55,699 bases of DNA from Thermoanaerobaculia bacterium. Its GTDB lineage: Bacteria > Acidobacteriota > Thermoanaerobaculia > UBA5066 > Gp7-AA6. The stretch lies in contig JBGPGG010000003.1 of assembly GCA_041483715.1 (NCBI GenBank), forward strand, positions 1 to 55,699, given 5' to 3'. The translations under genes were made by a program, and so were the position numbers. The notes under the pieces are model-generated. The model was given only the letters and a program-made list of their open reading frames with translations. It had not been told where the DNA came from and searched no databases. Below are positions 26,917 through 36,919 of the stretch, piece after piece; the first letter of the stretch is position 1; each line of letters starts with the position of its first letter.

Positions 26917-28157
26917 AGTCGTTTCCGCTCCAGGTCGCGGTCCGTTACCTCCGGTCGCGGCCCTCGCGGCTGGTCTCGTCCGTCTCCCTCCTCTCGATCG
27001 CCGGCATCGCGCTCGGCGTGGCGGCGCTCGTCGTCGCGATGGGGCTGCTCTCCGGATACCGGACCGAGATCCGCGAGAAGCTGATCGGCGCCAACGCCGA
27101 GGTCGTTCTCTTTCCGATGATGGCGGGCGGCGATGCGGACCCGTCCGTGCTCGAGCGGCGACTGGCGAAGGTGCCGCGCGTGCGCGCAACCGCGCCCGTG
27201 ATCTACCAGGCCGGCGTGGCCTCGTCGGCCGCGACGCCCGACGGAACGGACGCGATCATGAAGGGGATCGACCCCGCCGCCGAACGTAAGGTGTCCGAGC
27301 TCGACGCGTACCTTCCGAACGCCGAGCGGGCGATCACGCGGAGCGCGCCGGGTACCCCCGCCTCCGTCGCGATCGGGCACGAGCTGGCGCGGCGGCTCGA
27401 TCTGCACGAGGGGGACGCGATCCTTCTCTCCGTGGCGGACGGTGCGGGCGGTGCTCGGCGGTTCGCGCCGCGGTCCGGCCGCTTCCGTGTCGGGCGGATC
27501 TTTCGCACGAACTTCTCCGAGTACGACTCCGAGTGGATCTTTCTCGACCGCGAGGAGCTGCAACGGCTCTCGCGCATGCCGGGCCGTGCGAACGTCGTCG
27601 AGGTGCGCCTCGACGCGATCCGCGATACGGAGGGGGCGGTGGCTGCCATCAGCGCCGCCGCAGGCAACGGCTATTCCGTCTCAGACTGGCGCTCGATGAA
27701 CGGAGGCCTCTTCTCGGCCCTCGCGATCCAGCAGACGACGCTCTTCCTCGTCATCGGCCTGATCGTCGCGGTCTCGACCTTCAACATCGTCGCGACGCTC
27801 GTCATGACCGTGCAGGAGAAAAAGCGGGACATCGGGGTGCTGACGGCCCTCGGCGCCGAGGCGGGATTCTTCTCGCGGGTCTTCCTCTCGCTCGGCGCGT
27901 TCCTCGGCGGGGCGGGTGTGCTCGCCGGGGTCGCCCTCGGAGTGCTGATCTGCTGGGTCACGACGCGATTCCGGCTGCTATCGTTCCCGCCAGGCGTGGC
28001 GGAGATCTACTTCGTCTCGTACATCCCGTTTCTCGTCCGCTTGAAGGACATCGCGGCCATCGTGGGCTTCGCGGCGGTCGTGATCCTCGCCGCCTCCTGG
28101 TGGCCCGCGCGCCGGGCCTCGCGCATCGACATCGCCGACGCGCTGCGGTACGAGTGA
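26913..28157 (+). CDS. LolC/LolE-family lipoprotein-releasing ABC transporter permease (FtsX fold)
   Basis: GTG 26913 overlaps the carA stop. 414 aa. ..AVRYLRSRPSRLVSSVSLLSIAGIALGVAAL.VAM.. N-terminus, large periplasmic loop, and C-terminal FtsX-type 3-TM region ending ..RASRIDIADALRYE. No adjacent LolD. Confidence 0.85.
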   Translation: MKSFPLQVAVRYLRSRPSRLVSSVSLLSIAGIALGVAALVVAMGLLSGYRTEIREKLIGANAEVVLFPMMAGGDADPSVLERRLAKVPRVRATAPVIYQAGVASSAATPDGTDAIMKGIDPAAERKVSELDAYLPNAERAITRSAPGTPASVAIGHELARRLDLHEGDAILLSVADGAGGARRFAPRSGRFRVGRIFRTNFSEYDSEWIFLDREELQRLSRMPGRANVVEVRLDAIRDTEGAVAAISAAAGNGYSVSDWRSMNGGLFSALAIQQTTLFLVIGLIVAVSTFNIVATLVMTVQEKKRDIGVLTALGAEAGFFSRVFLSLGAFLGGAGVLAGVALGVLICWVTTRFRLLSFPPGVAEIYFVSYIPFLVRLKDIAAIVGFAAVVILAASWWPARRASRIDIADALRYE

Positions 28158-28170
28158 CCAGCGGTGCCCG

Positions 28171-28446
28171 TCACTCGTAGTGGGTCCACATCCGGAGTAC
28201 CTTGACGGTGCGCTCCTCGTCGAGGATCTGATACACGAGCCGGTGCTGGACGTTGATACGGCGCGAGCAGGCGCCCGCGAGGTCACCGACCAGCTTCTCG
28301 AAGCGGGGCGGACTCTGCCTCGGATTCCTGCGGAGAGTCTCCAGGATCTGCTCGGCCTTTTCCCGCAGCCCGCTGCGGGAGAGCTTGCGGGCATCTCTCT
28401 GCGCCTGGCTCGTAAAGACGAGTCGCCAGGGGCCCGCGGGCCTCAC
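28171..28446 (-). CDS. yoeB: YoeB/Txe-family type II toxin (mRNA interferase)
   Basis: 91 aa. ..W.LVFT..A..D..KL......K....L..L..NP......FEKL.GDL.G..SRRIN.QHRLVY.I.....V.VLRMWTHYE, with the characteristic C-terminal H-Y-E. 4-nt overlap with the antitoxin gene. Confidence 0.88.
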   Translation of the reverse strand: MRPAGPWRLVFTSQAQRDARKLSRSGLREKAEQILETLRRNPRQSPPRFEKLVGDLAGACSRRINVQHRLVYQILDEERTVKVLRMWTHYE

Positions 28447-28685
28447 CAGCCGGGCTTCTCGGAGGTCTTAGAGAGGAGAGTCTTCAAGCCCTTGCGAATC
28501 GACTCCCGCATACCGGGGATCGACAGGAGATAGAGGGTCTCCTCGATGGCGTGCCAGTCGTCTTCCGAGATCAGCACGCCATTGTTCCTCCGGCCCGTGA
28601 TCTGGATCGGGCGATGCGTCTTGGCAGTCTCATCCAGGAGGCGGTAAAGCTGGGCGCGCGCCTGTGTCGCCGTCTTCGTCGTCAT
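28443..28685 (-). CDS. yefM: YefM/Phd-family type II antitoxin
   Basis: 80 aa. ..ARAQLY.LLDE......PI.ITGRRNN.VLISEDDW.AIEETLYLLS.PGM.ESI... is typical of YefM. Confidence 0.88.
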   Translation of the reverse strand: MTTKTATQARAQLYRLLDETAKTHRPIQITGRRNNGVLISEDDWHAIEETLYLLSIPGMRESIRKGLKTLLSKTSEKPGW

Positions 28686-28721
28686 GCCGGAAAGCGTACG
28701 TCATTACGTACGTAAACGCAA
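28686..28721 (-). promoter_or_regulatory. yefM-yoeB promoter/operator: inverted repeat CGTACGT-CATT-ACGTACG overlapping a candidate -10
   Basis: The minus strand reads TTGCGT-17 nt-TACGCT-7 nt-ATG. The inverted repeat at 28695-28712 has GTAC cores, as in known YefM operators. No SD. Confidence 0.5.
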
Positions 28722-28740
28722 GTCCCCCAGGGGCGGACCC

Positions 28741-31158
28741 TCAGGGTGTCGGGGCGCTCGCGCGCCGGACGATGAACTCCTTCTGCCGACGGATCGCCTC
28801 CGCGCGGATCGCGGCAAACTCGGGGTCTTTTCGCACGGAATCGAAGAGCGGGTCGTTGTCCATGGCCGGGCAGCAGAGGAAGTTGCCCGCGACCACACTC
28901 CGCAGCAGCCGGAGGCTGGCGTCGTTGTAGCCGAACGCGGACAGGAGAGCCGCGATGAAGTACCTTGGCTCCGGGTCGCGTTCATGGGCCGCCGCGGCTT
29001 CGATCTCCTTCGCCGCGCGGTCCCGGTCGGCGGCGGAACCCGAGCGCAACAGCAGAGCGGCGAAGACGGAGTTTCCCATCTCGCGAAACCGGGCGGCCGC
29101 GGCATCGCTCCGGCCTTCGCGATAATCGATCTCGGCCTCCCTCTCCATCGCCCAGCGCGAGCCTGCGTCCAGCCGAACGTAGTCCCGGGCCCGCTCGTAT
29201 CTCCGGAGCAGCATCAGCGGGACATAGCAGGAGCGATAGTCGCGGCTGCCGGGGTTGGCCGCCAGAGCCGTGTCGCACTCGTGAGCGGCCTCCTCCAGGA
29301 GGCCGGCGTAGCGGAGCACGTAGCTAAGGGTGAAATGTGCATCCGCGCTCTCGGGCCGCCGGCGGACGAGGTCTGAGGCCAGCCGGTAGGCTTCGTCGAG
29401 CTGTCCGGCGTCGGCGCGATCGGTCGCCAGCCATCCTGCGGCCATCGAGAGGTTCGGATCGAGGGAGAGTGCCCGCCTGTAGGCAGCTCGCGCCCTTTCC
29501 TGGGCCGCGAGGTCGGCCTCGGTTGCGCCGCTGATTCCATCGAAGTAGTAGCGCTTGCCGAGCGCGTTCCAGGCCGGCGCGTAGGCCGGGTCGAGCCCGA
29601 CGGACTTCTCGAGCATCGGGATCGCATGCTTGTTCTGTTGTTGATCGAGGCTGTAAGGCAGACTCTGAAGATAGAGATCGTAAGCCTCCGGATTCCTCGG
29701 GCGTGTGGCGGCCTGAGTCGCCCCCGCCGCACCGCCGAGGAGCGGGAAGAGTCCCTGCTTCAAGCGCGAGGCGATCTGCTCGCGCAGGCCGATGAGGTTG
29801 CCCGCCGCGGCGCTCGAGGTATCGCGCCAGAGAAGCCGGTTGCTCTCCGTGTCGATGACTTCGAGCGTGACCCGGAGCTGGTCTCCCTCCTTCTGGAAGT
29901 GGCCCGTGAGGACGTCGGCGACCCGCAGCTCGCGGCCCGCCGCCTGCGGATCCACGTCGCCCTTCGCGTACTTTTGCGTCGAGGCGAAGGGGCGGATCGC
30001 GAGGGTCGGGATGTAGGACAGCGTCGTCGCGATCTCGTCGGGCAGGGCGAGGCGCAGGTAATCGGCGGAGGCGTCGCCGCTCAGATTCTGGAAGGGAAGG
30101 ACGGCGATCGTCGTCTGGCCGCGGGGACCGGAGGCGCTCGAAGAGCGGCGATGGGTAGCCCACCAGCCCGCGGCGCCCGCCGCGATCATGACGGCGGCGG
30201 CGACGGCCGCAATTTTCCATCGCCCGCGAGGCGCCGGCGGCGCCGCGACGGGAACGGCTGCCGCGGCGGTGCCGCTGCGGCCCGAATCCGAGTCGCGCTT
30301 CAAGCGCTTCAGATCCGTCCTCAGCTCCGACGCGCTCTGATACCGCAGCTCCCGGTCCTTTTCGAGCGCCGAGTTGACGATCCGCGAGAGCTCCTCGGGA
30401 AGCTCCGGGTTGACGCGCGTGGGAGACAACGGCGCGCGATTCAGGATCGCCTCGAAGATCACGGCCGACGTCTGCCCAGCGAAGGGCTGGCGGCCGGTCG
30501 CCACTTCGTACAGCACGGCTCCGAGGGAGAACAGATCCGAGCGAGCGTCGAGCGGCTCTCCCCGGGCCTGCTCGGGCGACATGTAGGCCACGGTTCCGAG
30601 CGCCGTGCCGGGGCTCGTCAGGTGCTCTTCCCCCATCTCCGTGGGGAGCGCGGTGTCGCCAGGCGCGGGCCCGGCCGACGCCTGGAGACTCGTCTGCTTG
30701 GCTAGCCCGAAGTCGAGGAGCTTGGCCTGCCCGCGCCGTGTGACGAAGATGTTTGCCGGCTTGATGTCGCGGTGCACGATGCCGCGCGCGTGCGCGGCAT
30801 CGAGGGCGTCGGCAAGCTGGATCGCGATGTCGAGGAGCGGGTCGAGCTTGAGCGGTCCGGCGGCCAGCCGATCGCGCAGGGTCTCGCCCTCCAGAAGCTC
30901 CATCGCAAGGAAGGGCCGCCCCTCGTGCTCGTCGACGTCGTGGATCGTGCAGATATTCGGGTGCTGGAGGGAAGAGGCGGCTCGCGCTTCGCGCTGGAGC
31001 CGCTCGAGCGCCTGGTGGTCCCTGGCGAGCTCCTCAGGAAGGAACTTCAAGGCGACGCGCCGGCCGAGCTTCAAGTCCTCCGCCTCGTACACGACGCCCA
31101 TGCCTCCGCCTCCCACTTTCGAGAGGACGCGATAGTGCGAGACGGTCTGTCCGATCAT
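28741..31158 (-). CDS. Ser/Thr protein kinase with TM helix, periplasmic TolB-N-like module and TPR domain (paralog 1)
   Basis: 805 aa. Hanks kinase motifs ([33 protein letters not shown]), one TM helix, then ..[13 protein letters not shown].. and TPR-like repeats. Confidence 0.93.
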   Translation of the reverse strand: MIGQTVSHYRVLSKVGGGGMGVVYEAEDLKLGRRVALKFLPEELARDHQALERLQREARAASSLQHPNICTIHDVDEHEGRPFLAMELLEGETLRDRLAAGPLKLDPLLDIAIQLADALDAAHARGIVHRDIKPANIFVTRRGQAKLLDFGLAKQTSLQASAGPAPGDTALPTEMGEEHLTSPGTALGTVAYMSPEQARGEPLDARSDLFSLGAVLYEVATGRQPFAGQTSAVIFEAILNRAPLSPTRVNPELPEELSRIVNSALEKDRELRYQSASELRTDLKRLKRDSDSGRSGTAAAAVPVAAPPAPRGRWKIAAVAAAVMIAAGAAGWWATHRRSSSASGPRGQTTIAVLPFQNLSGDASADYLRLALPDEIATTLSYIPTLAIRPFASTQKYAKGDVDPQAAGRELRVADVLTGHFQKEGDQLRVTLEVIDTESNRLLWRDTSSAAAGNLIGLREQIASRLKQGLFPLLGGAAGATQAATRPRNPEAYDLYLQSLPYSLDQQQNKHAIPMLEKSVGLDPAYAPAWNALGKRYYFDGISGATEADLAAQERARAAYRRALSLDPNLSMAAGWLATDRADAGQLDEAYRLASDLVRRRPESADAHFTLSYVLRYAGLLEEAAHECDTALAANPGSRDYRSCYVPLMLLRRYERARDYVRLDAGSRWAMEREAEIDYREGRSDAAAARFREMGNSVFAALLLRSGSAADRDRAAKEIEAAAAHERDPEPRYFIAALLSAFGYNDASLRLLRSVVAGNFLCCPAMDNDPLFDSVRKDPEFAAIRAEAIRRQKEFIVRRASAPTP

Positions 31159-31186
31159 GTTGGGCGAGGCTCCTTCGCGCGGCCTG

Positions 31187-33616
31187 CTACACCGCCCCGC
31201 GCCGCGCGAGGAATTCCTTCTGCCTGCGAATCGCCTCGGCGCGGATCGCAGCGAACTCGGGGTCCTTCCGAATCGAAGTGTAGAGCGGGTCGTTGTCCAT
31301 CGCCGGGTAACTCAGGTAGTTCCCCTCGACGGCCTTCCGCAGCAGGCGCAGCGCCGCGGCGGGGTAACCGCTCGCGGCCAGAATGGCTCCGATGTAGTAC
31401 TGGTCCTCGGGGTCGGGATCGGCGAGAGCGGTCGCTTCCAGGGCGGCGCTCGTCCGGTCCCGATCGGCCTGCGTTCCGGACTTGCGTCTGAGTTGCGCCG
31501 CCTCCGGGAATCCGGTGGAGGTATAGAGAGCGGCCGCGGCCTCGGTCTTGCCTTCCCGGTCGAGGATGTTGGCTTCCCGGCCTTTCACCCAATCCGAGCC
31601 GGCGTCGAGGCGAAGGTACTCGCGGGCGCGGTCGTGCTTTCCGAGCGGCATGAAGGCAAAGGTGCACGAGCGGAAGCCCCGGTTGTGAGGATCCCTCGCC
31701 AGGGCGGCGTCGCACTCCCGGGCGGACTCTTCGAGCAGGCCCGCGTAGCGCAGGACGTACGCGAGGGCAAAGTGGGCCTCGGCGTCCTGCGGCCGGCGGC
31801 TCACGAGGTCCCGGGCCTTTCGGTCGGCCTCCTCGAGCTTTCCCCCTTCGGTTTCGTAGACGATGAGGTTCTGCGTGGCCTCGGTGAGATTGGGGTCGAG
31901 AGACAGCGCCCGCTCGATGGCCGCATTCGCACGGGCGTTGAGGTCGGCGACGGAGGTGCCGGGCGGCGTGCCGGCCACCAGGCCGTTTGCGCTGTATGCC
32001 CCCTTGTAGTAGTAGCGCAGCGACAGCGCGGCCCAGGCGGGTGCGAAGTCGGGGTCGAGGCCCACCGAGCGCTCGAGCATCGCGACTCCCTGCGTGTTGG
32101 GCTCGGGGTCGCTCGAGAGCGGCTTGCTGCGCAGATACAGGTCGTAAGCCTCCGCGTTTTTCGGGCGGGTCGCGGCCTCGCCAGCGCCGGACGCCGACCC
32201 GAGCAATGGGAACAGGCCCTGCCGCAGACGCGTGGAAATTTGTTCGCGCAAGCCGATGAGGTCGTTCGCCGCGGCGCTCGACGTGTCGCGCCAGAGGAGA
32301 CGGTTCGACTCCGTGTCGACCACCTCGAGCGTGACCCGAATCTGGTCCCCCTCCTTCTGGAAGTGGCCCGTGAGAACGTCGGCCACCCGGAGCTCGCGTC
32401 CCGCGGCCTGCGGATCGACGTCGCCCTTCGCGTACTTCTGCGTCGTCGCGAACGGCCGGATCGCGAGCGTCGGTATGTAGGAGAGCGTCGTCGCGATCTC
32501 GTCGGGCAGGGCGAGGCGCAGGTAATCGGCGGAGGCGTCGCCGCTCAGGTTCTGGAAGGGGAGGACGGCGATCGTGGTCTGGCCGCGGGAGCCGGAAGCG
32601 CCGGAGGAGCGGCGGTGGGTGGCCCACCAGCCCGCGGCCCCCGCCGCGAGGAGCAGGGCCGCCACGATTGCGACGGCCTTCCCGAGACCTCGGCGCGCCG
32701 GGGGCGTCTCGGCGGGGGCGGCCGCTGCGGCCTTGCCGCTCCGGCCCGAGTCCGAGTCGCGCTTCAGGCGCTTCAGGTCCGTCTTCAGCTCCGCGGCGCT
32801 CTGGTAGCGCAGGTCGCGGTCCTTCTCGAGGGCCGTGTTGACGATCCGTTCGAGCTCCGCCGGCAGCTCCGGGTTCAAGCGCAGCGGAGAGACCGGCGCG
32901 CGGTTCAGGATCGCGTCGAAGATGATTGCGGACGTGTTTCCGGCAAAGGGCTGGCGTCCCGTCGCCATCTCGTACAGGACCGCGCCGCAGGAAAAGACGT
33001 CCGTGCGCGCGTCGAGCGGCTCGCCCCGTGCCTGCTCGGGTGACATGTATGCGACCGTCCCGATCGCGGTCCCGGGGCTCGTAAGGTGTTCCTCGGCCAT
33101 GGCGGTGGGTTGGGCCGTGTTGCCGCCGGAGATTCCGGCAGGCTGGCCCGCCTGCTTGGCCAGGCCGAAGTCGAGGAGCTTGGCCTGCCCGCGCTTCGTC
33201 ACGAAGATGTTCGCCGGCTTGATGTCCCGGTGCATGATGCCGCGCGCGTGCGCGGTCTCGAGGGCGTCGGCGATCTGGGTCCCGAGATCGAGGAGGGTGT
33301 CGAGCTTCAAGGCCCCGGGGGCCAGGCGCTCGCGCAGCGTCTCGCCTTCGAGCAGCTCCATGGCAATGAAGGGCCGCCCCTCGTGCTCGTCCACGTCGTA
33401 GATCGTGCAGATGTTCGGGTGCTGGAGGGACGAGGCGGCGCGCGCTTCCCGCTGCAGCCGCTCCAGCGCCTGCGCGTCCCGCCCCAATTCTTCCGGAAGG
33501 AACTTCAGCGCGACGCGGCGCCCGAGCCTCAGGTCCTCGGCTTCGTAGACGACGCCCATGCCGCCGCCGCCTACCTTCGAGAGCACGCGGTAGTGCGAAA
33601 CCGTTTGTCCGATCAT
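31187..33616 (-). CDS. Ser/Thr protein kinase with TM helix, periplasmic module and TPR domain (paralog 2)
   Basis: 809 aa. Collinear with paralog 1: nearly identical through the kinase and membrane-proximal module, divergent in the C-terminal TPR region. Confidence 0.93.
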   Translation of the reverse strand: MIGQTVSHYRVLSKVGGGGMGVVYEAEDLRLGRRVALKFLPEELGRDAQALERLQREARAASSLQHPNICTIYDVDEHEGRPFIAMELLEGETLRERLAPGALKLDTLLDLGTQIADALETAHARGIMHRDIKPANIFVTKRGQAKLLDFGLAKQAGQPAGISGGNTAQPTAMAEEHLTSPGTAIGTVAYMSPEQARGEPLDARTDVFSCGAVLYEMATGRQPFAGNTSAIIFDAILNRAPVSPLRLNPELPAELERIVNTALEKDRDLRYQSAAELKTDLKRLKRDSDSGRSGKAAAAAPAETPPARRGLGKAVAIVAALLLAAGAAGWWATHRRSSGASGSRGQTTIAVLPFQNLSGDASADYLRLALPDEIATTLSYIPTLAIRPFATTQKYAKGDVDPQAAGRELRVADVLTGHFQKEGDQIRVTLEVVDTESNRLLWRDTSSAAANDLIGLREQISTRLRQGLFPLLGSASGAGEAATRPKNAEAYDLYLRSKPLSSDPEPNTQGVAMLERSVGLDPDFAPAWAALSLRYYYKGAYSANGLVAGTPPGTSVADLNARANAAIERALSLDPNLTEATQNLIVYETEGGKLEEADRKARDLVSRRPQDAEAHFALAYVLRYAGLLEESARECDAALARDPHNRGFRSCTFAFMPLGKHDRAREYLRLDAGSDWVKGREANILDREGKTEAAAALYTSTGFPEAAQLRRKSGTQADRDRTSAALEATALADPDPEDQYYIGAILAASGYPAAALRLLRKAVEGNYLSYPAMDNDPLYTSIRKDPEFAAIRAEAIRRQKEFLARRGAV

Positions 33617-33675
33617 CGTTTGCGAGCCGTCCGAGAGCGGTCGACCGGCGGCAGTCTACCGCTTCCGCTCCCCGC

Positions 33676-33690
33676 TATACTCCCGCCCCG
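33676..33690 (+). promoter_or_regulatory. Candidate -10 (TATACT) 9 nt before the carB GTG
   Basis: TATACTcccgccccgGTG. The hexamer is at 33676-33681. No SD. A divergent TAGACT on the minus strand (33653-33658) could serve kinase paralog 2. Confidence 0.35.
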
Positions 33691-36600
33691 GTGCCGAAGC
33701 GCGACGACATCAAGAGCATCCTCGTCATCGGTTCGGGGCCGATCGTCATCGGCCAGGCGTGCGAGTTCGACTACTCCGGAACCCAGGCCGTCCGCGCCCT
33801 GAAAGGCGAGGGATACCGGGTCATCCTCGTCAACTCGAACCCCGCGACGATCATGACGGATCCGGAGCTGGCCGACGCGACGTACATCGAGCCGCTGACC
33901 CCCGATTTTCTCGAGCGAATCATCGATCGCGAGAGGCCGGACGCCATCCTGCCGACGGTCGGAGGACAGACGTCGATCAACCTGGCTCTGGCGCTGGCCG
34001 AGCGGGGTGTGCTCGAGAAGCGCAACGTGCGCCTCATCGGGGCCAACGAGCACTCCATGCGCCTGGCCGAGGACCGCGATCTCTTCAAGAAGGCGATGCT
34101 CGAAATCGGTGCGGAGGTGCTCCGCTCTGGCCGCGCGCGCACCCTCGCGGAGGCCGAGTCCATCGCGAAGGAGATCCGCCTGCCGCTCGTCATCCGCCCC
34201 TCGTTCACGATGGGCGGATCGGGAGGGGGCGTCGCGCGCACGGCGGCGGACTTCCGGCGGATGGTCAAGAACGGCCTGGCCGAGTCCCCGACCCACGAGG
34301 TCCTGATCGAGGAGTCGGTCGAGGGCTGGAAGGAGTTCGAGCTCGAGGTCATGCGCGACACGGCCGACAACGTGATCATCGTGTGCTCGATCGAGAACTT
34401 CGACGCCATGGGCGTCCACACCGGCGACTCGATCACCGTCGCGCCGCAGATGACGCTCTCGGACCGGCAGTACCAGGCGATGCGCGACGAGGCGAAAGCC
34501 GTCATTCGCAAGGTCGGCGTCGACACCGGCGGGTCGAACATCCAGTTCGCGATCGATCCGAAGACCGGCCGGCGCGTCGTGATCGAGATGAACCCGCGAG
34601 TCTCGCGCTCCTCGGCGCTCGCCTCCAAGGCCACGGGCTTTCCGATCGCGAAGATCGCGGCGCTGCTCGCCGTAGGCTACCACCTCGACGAGATCCCGAA
34701 CGACATCACGAAGAAGACACCGGCTTCCTTCGAGCCGTCGCTCGACTACGTGGTCGTGAAGATCCCCCGCTGGACGTTCGAGAAATTCCCCCGCGCGGAC
34801 GCCCGCCTGACGATCCAGATGAAGTCGGTCGGCGAGGCGATGGCGATCGGGCGCACGTTTCCAGAGGCCCTCGGCAAGGCGGTGCGCTCGCTCGAGATCG
34901 GGCGCGACGGGTTGAACGACGGCCATGGCCCGCTGCCGCAAGCGGAGCTGCTTTCGCGCCTCGAGGAGCCGACGGCGGAGCGGCTCTTTCACCTGCACCG
35001 CGCGTTCACCGCCGGGATGAGCGTGGACGAGGTCGCGGCGCACACGCGGATCGATCCCTGGTTCCTGGACGGCGTGCGTCGGATGGTAGAGGCCGAGGCG
35101 TCGTTTTCCGGGCGCAGCGTCGCCGGGGTGACGCGCGAGGAGCTCCGGGACGCCAAGCGCCTGGGGCTGTCCGACCGGACGCTCGCCCGCGCGATCAACT
35201 GCGAGGAGGGCGCGGTCCGCGCGCGCCGCCGCGAGCTCGCGGTCCTTCCCGTCTACAAGACTATCGACACGTGCGCGGCCGAGTTCGAGGCCGAGACGCC
35301 CTACTTCTACTCGACCTACGAAGACGAGAATGAGTCGCTGCGCACCGGCAAGCCCAAGGTCGTCATCCTCGGCGGGGGGCCGAACCGCATCGGGCAGGGG
35401 ATCGAGTTCGACTACTGCTGCGTCCACGCCTGCTACGCGCTCGCGGAGGCGGGCTTCGAGACCATCATGATCAACTGCAACCCGGAGACGGTCTCGACGG
35501 ACTACGACACGTCCGACCGGCTCTACTTCGAGCCCCTGACCTTCGAGGACGTGTCCGCGGCTCTCGACAACGAGCGGCCCGACGGCGTGCTCGTGCAGTT
35601 CGGCGGCCAGACGCCGTTGAAGCTCGCGCGCGCACTCGAGGCGGCGGGCTACCCGATCTGGGGGACCTCGCCCGAATCGATCGACGTCGCCGAGGACCGG
35701 GGCCGGTTCGGCAAGCTCCTCGGCGAGCTCGGGCTCGCGGCACCGCCGCACGCCGAGGCCCGCAATGTCGCCGATGCGCTCGAGGCGGCGCGGCGCATCG
35801 GCTACCCGCTCGTCGTGCGGCCGTCCTATGTCCTCGGCGGCCGCGCCATGGCGGTCGTTTTCGACGAGACGCGGCTCGCGAGCTACGTCGAAGCGGCGGT
35901 CGCGAGCTCCGGCGAGCATCCGGTCCTGCTCGACCGCTTCCTCGACGACGCCGTGGAGCTCGACGTGGACGCGCTCTGCGACGGCAACGACACCTGGATC
36001 GGCGGCATCCAGCAGCACATCGAGGAGGCAGGGATCCACTCGGGCGATTCGTTCTCGGTCCTGCCGCCCTGGAAGATTCCCCCCGCGCTGCTCTCGGAAA
36101 TCCGCGACGCCACACGCCGCCTCGCCGTCGGGCTTTCGGTGCGGGGCCTCGTCAACATCCAGTTCGCGATCCAGCACGGCAAGCTCTACGTGCTCGAGGT
36201 CAACCCCCGCGCCTCGCGCACCGTGCCCTTCGTGTCGAAGGCGATCGGCGTGCCGATGGCGCGCGCGGCGGCGCTGCTCGCGGCGGGCCGTTCGCTCGCC
36301 TCGCTCGGCCTCGTGCCCGAGCGCGATCCGGTCGACTTCTTCATCAAGGCCCCGGTCTTCCCGTTCCGCAAGTTCCCGGGCGAGGACGTGCTCCTCGGGC
36401 CCGAGATGAAGTCGACGGGGGAGGTCATGGGCATCTCGCCCCGATTCGGCGACGCCTTCGCCAAGGCCTGCGAGGCCTCGGGCACCCGGCTGCCGCTTTC
36501 GGGCCGGGCGTTTCTGACGGTCAATCCGTACGACAAGGCGGCGGTCATCCCGATCGGGAGGGAGCTCCAGGACCTCGGGTTCGCGCTGTGCGCGACCGAG

Positions 36601-36897
36601 GGCACGCGGGAGGCTCTGCGGGAGGCCGGCGTCGAGGCCGAGCATGTCTACAAGGTCAACGAAGGCAGCCCCAACGCGGTCGATCGCATGGAGGCCGGCG
36701 AGATCCAGATGGTCGTGAACACGCCGCTCGGGAGCGCCTCGCGGTTCGACGAGGCGGCGATCCGGGCCGCCGCCCTGCGCCTCTCCATCCCGTGCCTCAC
36801 GACGCTGTCCGCGGCGACGGCGGCGGTCGAGGGGATCCGCTCGCGGCAGGAAGAGGCGACCGGCGTGGCCCCGCTCCAGGAGTACCACCGCGGATGA
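33691..36897 (+). CDS. carB: Carbamoyl-phosphate synthase large subunit
   Basis: 1068 aa. Duplicated ATP-grasp architecture. N-terminus ..[47 protein letters not shown].. and second half ..[25 protein letters not shown].. are present. Confidence 0.96.
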   Translation: MPKRDDIKSILVIGSGPIVIGQACEFDYSGTQAVRALKGEGYRVILVNSNPATIMTDPELADATYIEPLTPDFLERIIDRERPDAILPTVGGQTSINLALALAERGVLEKRNVRLIGANEHSMRLAEDRDLFKKAMLEIGAEVLRSGRARTLAEAESIAKEIRLPLVIRPSFTMGGSGGGVARTAADFRRMVKNGLAESPTHEVLIEESVEGWKEFELEVMRDTADNVIIVCSIENFDAMGVHTGDSITVAPQMTLSDRQYQAMRDEAKAVIRKVGVDTGGSNIQFAIDPKTGRRVVIEMNPRVSRSSALASKATGFPIAKIAALLAVGYHLDEIPNDITKKTPASFEPSLDYVVVKIPRWTFEKFPRADARLTIQMKSVGEAMAIGRTFPEALGKAVRSLEIGRDGLNDGHGPLPQAELLSRLEEPTAERLFHLHRAFTAGMSVDEVAAHTRIDPWFLDGVRRMVEAEASFSGRSVAGVTREELRDAKRLGLSDRTLARAINCEEGAVRARRRELAVLPVYKTIDTCAAEFEAETPYFYSTYEDENESLRTGKPKVVILGGGPNRIGQGIEFDYCCVHACYALAEAGFETIMINCNPETVSTDYDTSDRLYFEPLTFEDVSAALDNERPDGVLVQFGGQTPLKLARALEAAGYPIWGTSPESIDVAEDRGRFGKLLGELGLAAPPHAEARNVADALEAARRIGYPLVVRPSYVLGGRAMAVVFDETRLASYVEAAVASSGEHPVLLDRFLDDAVELDVDALCDGNDTWIGGIQQHIEEAGIHSGDSFSVLPPWKIPPALLSEIRDATRRLAVGLSVRGLVNIQFAIQHGKLYVLEVNPRASRTVPFVSKAIGVPMARAAALLAAGRSLASLGLVPERDPVDFFIKAPVFPFRKFPGEDVLLGPEMKSTGEVMGISPRFGDAFAKACEASGTRLPLSGRAFLTVNPYDKAAVIPIGRELQDLGFALCATEGTREALREAGVEAEHVYKVNEGSPNAVDRMEAGEIQMVVNTPLGSASRFDEAAIRAAALRLSIPCLTTLSAATAAVEGIRSRQEEATGVAPLQEYHRG

Positions 36898-36919
36898 CGC
36901 GGCGTGCGCGGTCGGCGGC

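Noticed and set aside
26913-33616. The segment between carA and carB as a horizontally acquired genomic island.
   Set aside because: There is no integrase, tRNA, flanking direct repeats or obvious compositional break. lolC/E is housekeeping and is translationally coupled to carA. Only the yefM-yoeB pair is typical accessory content.
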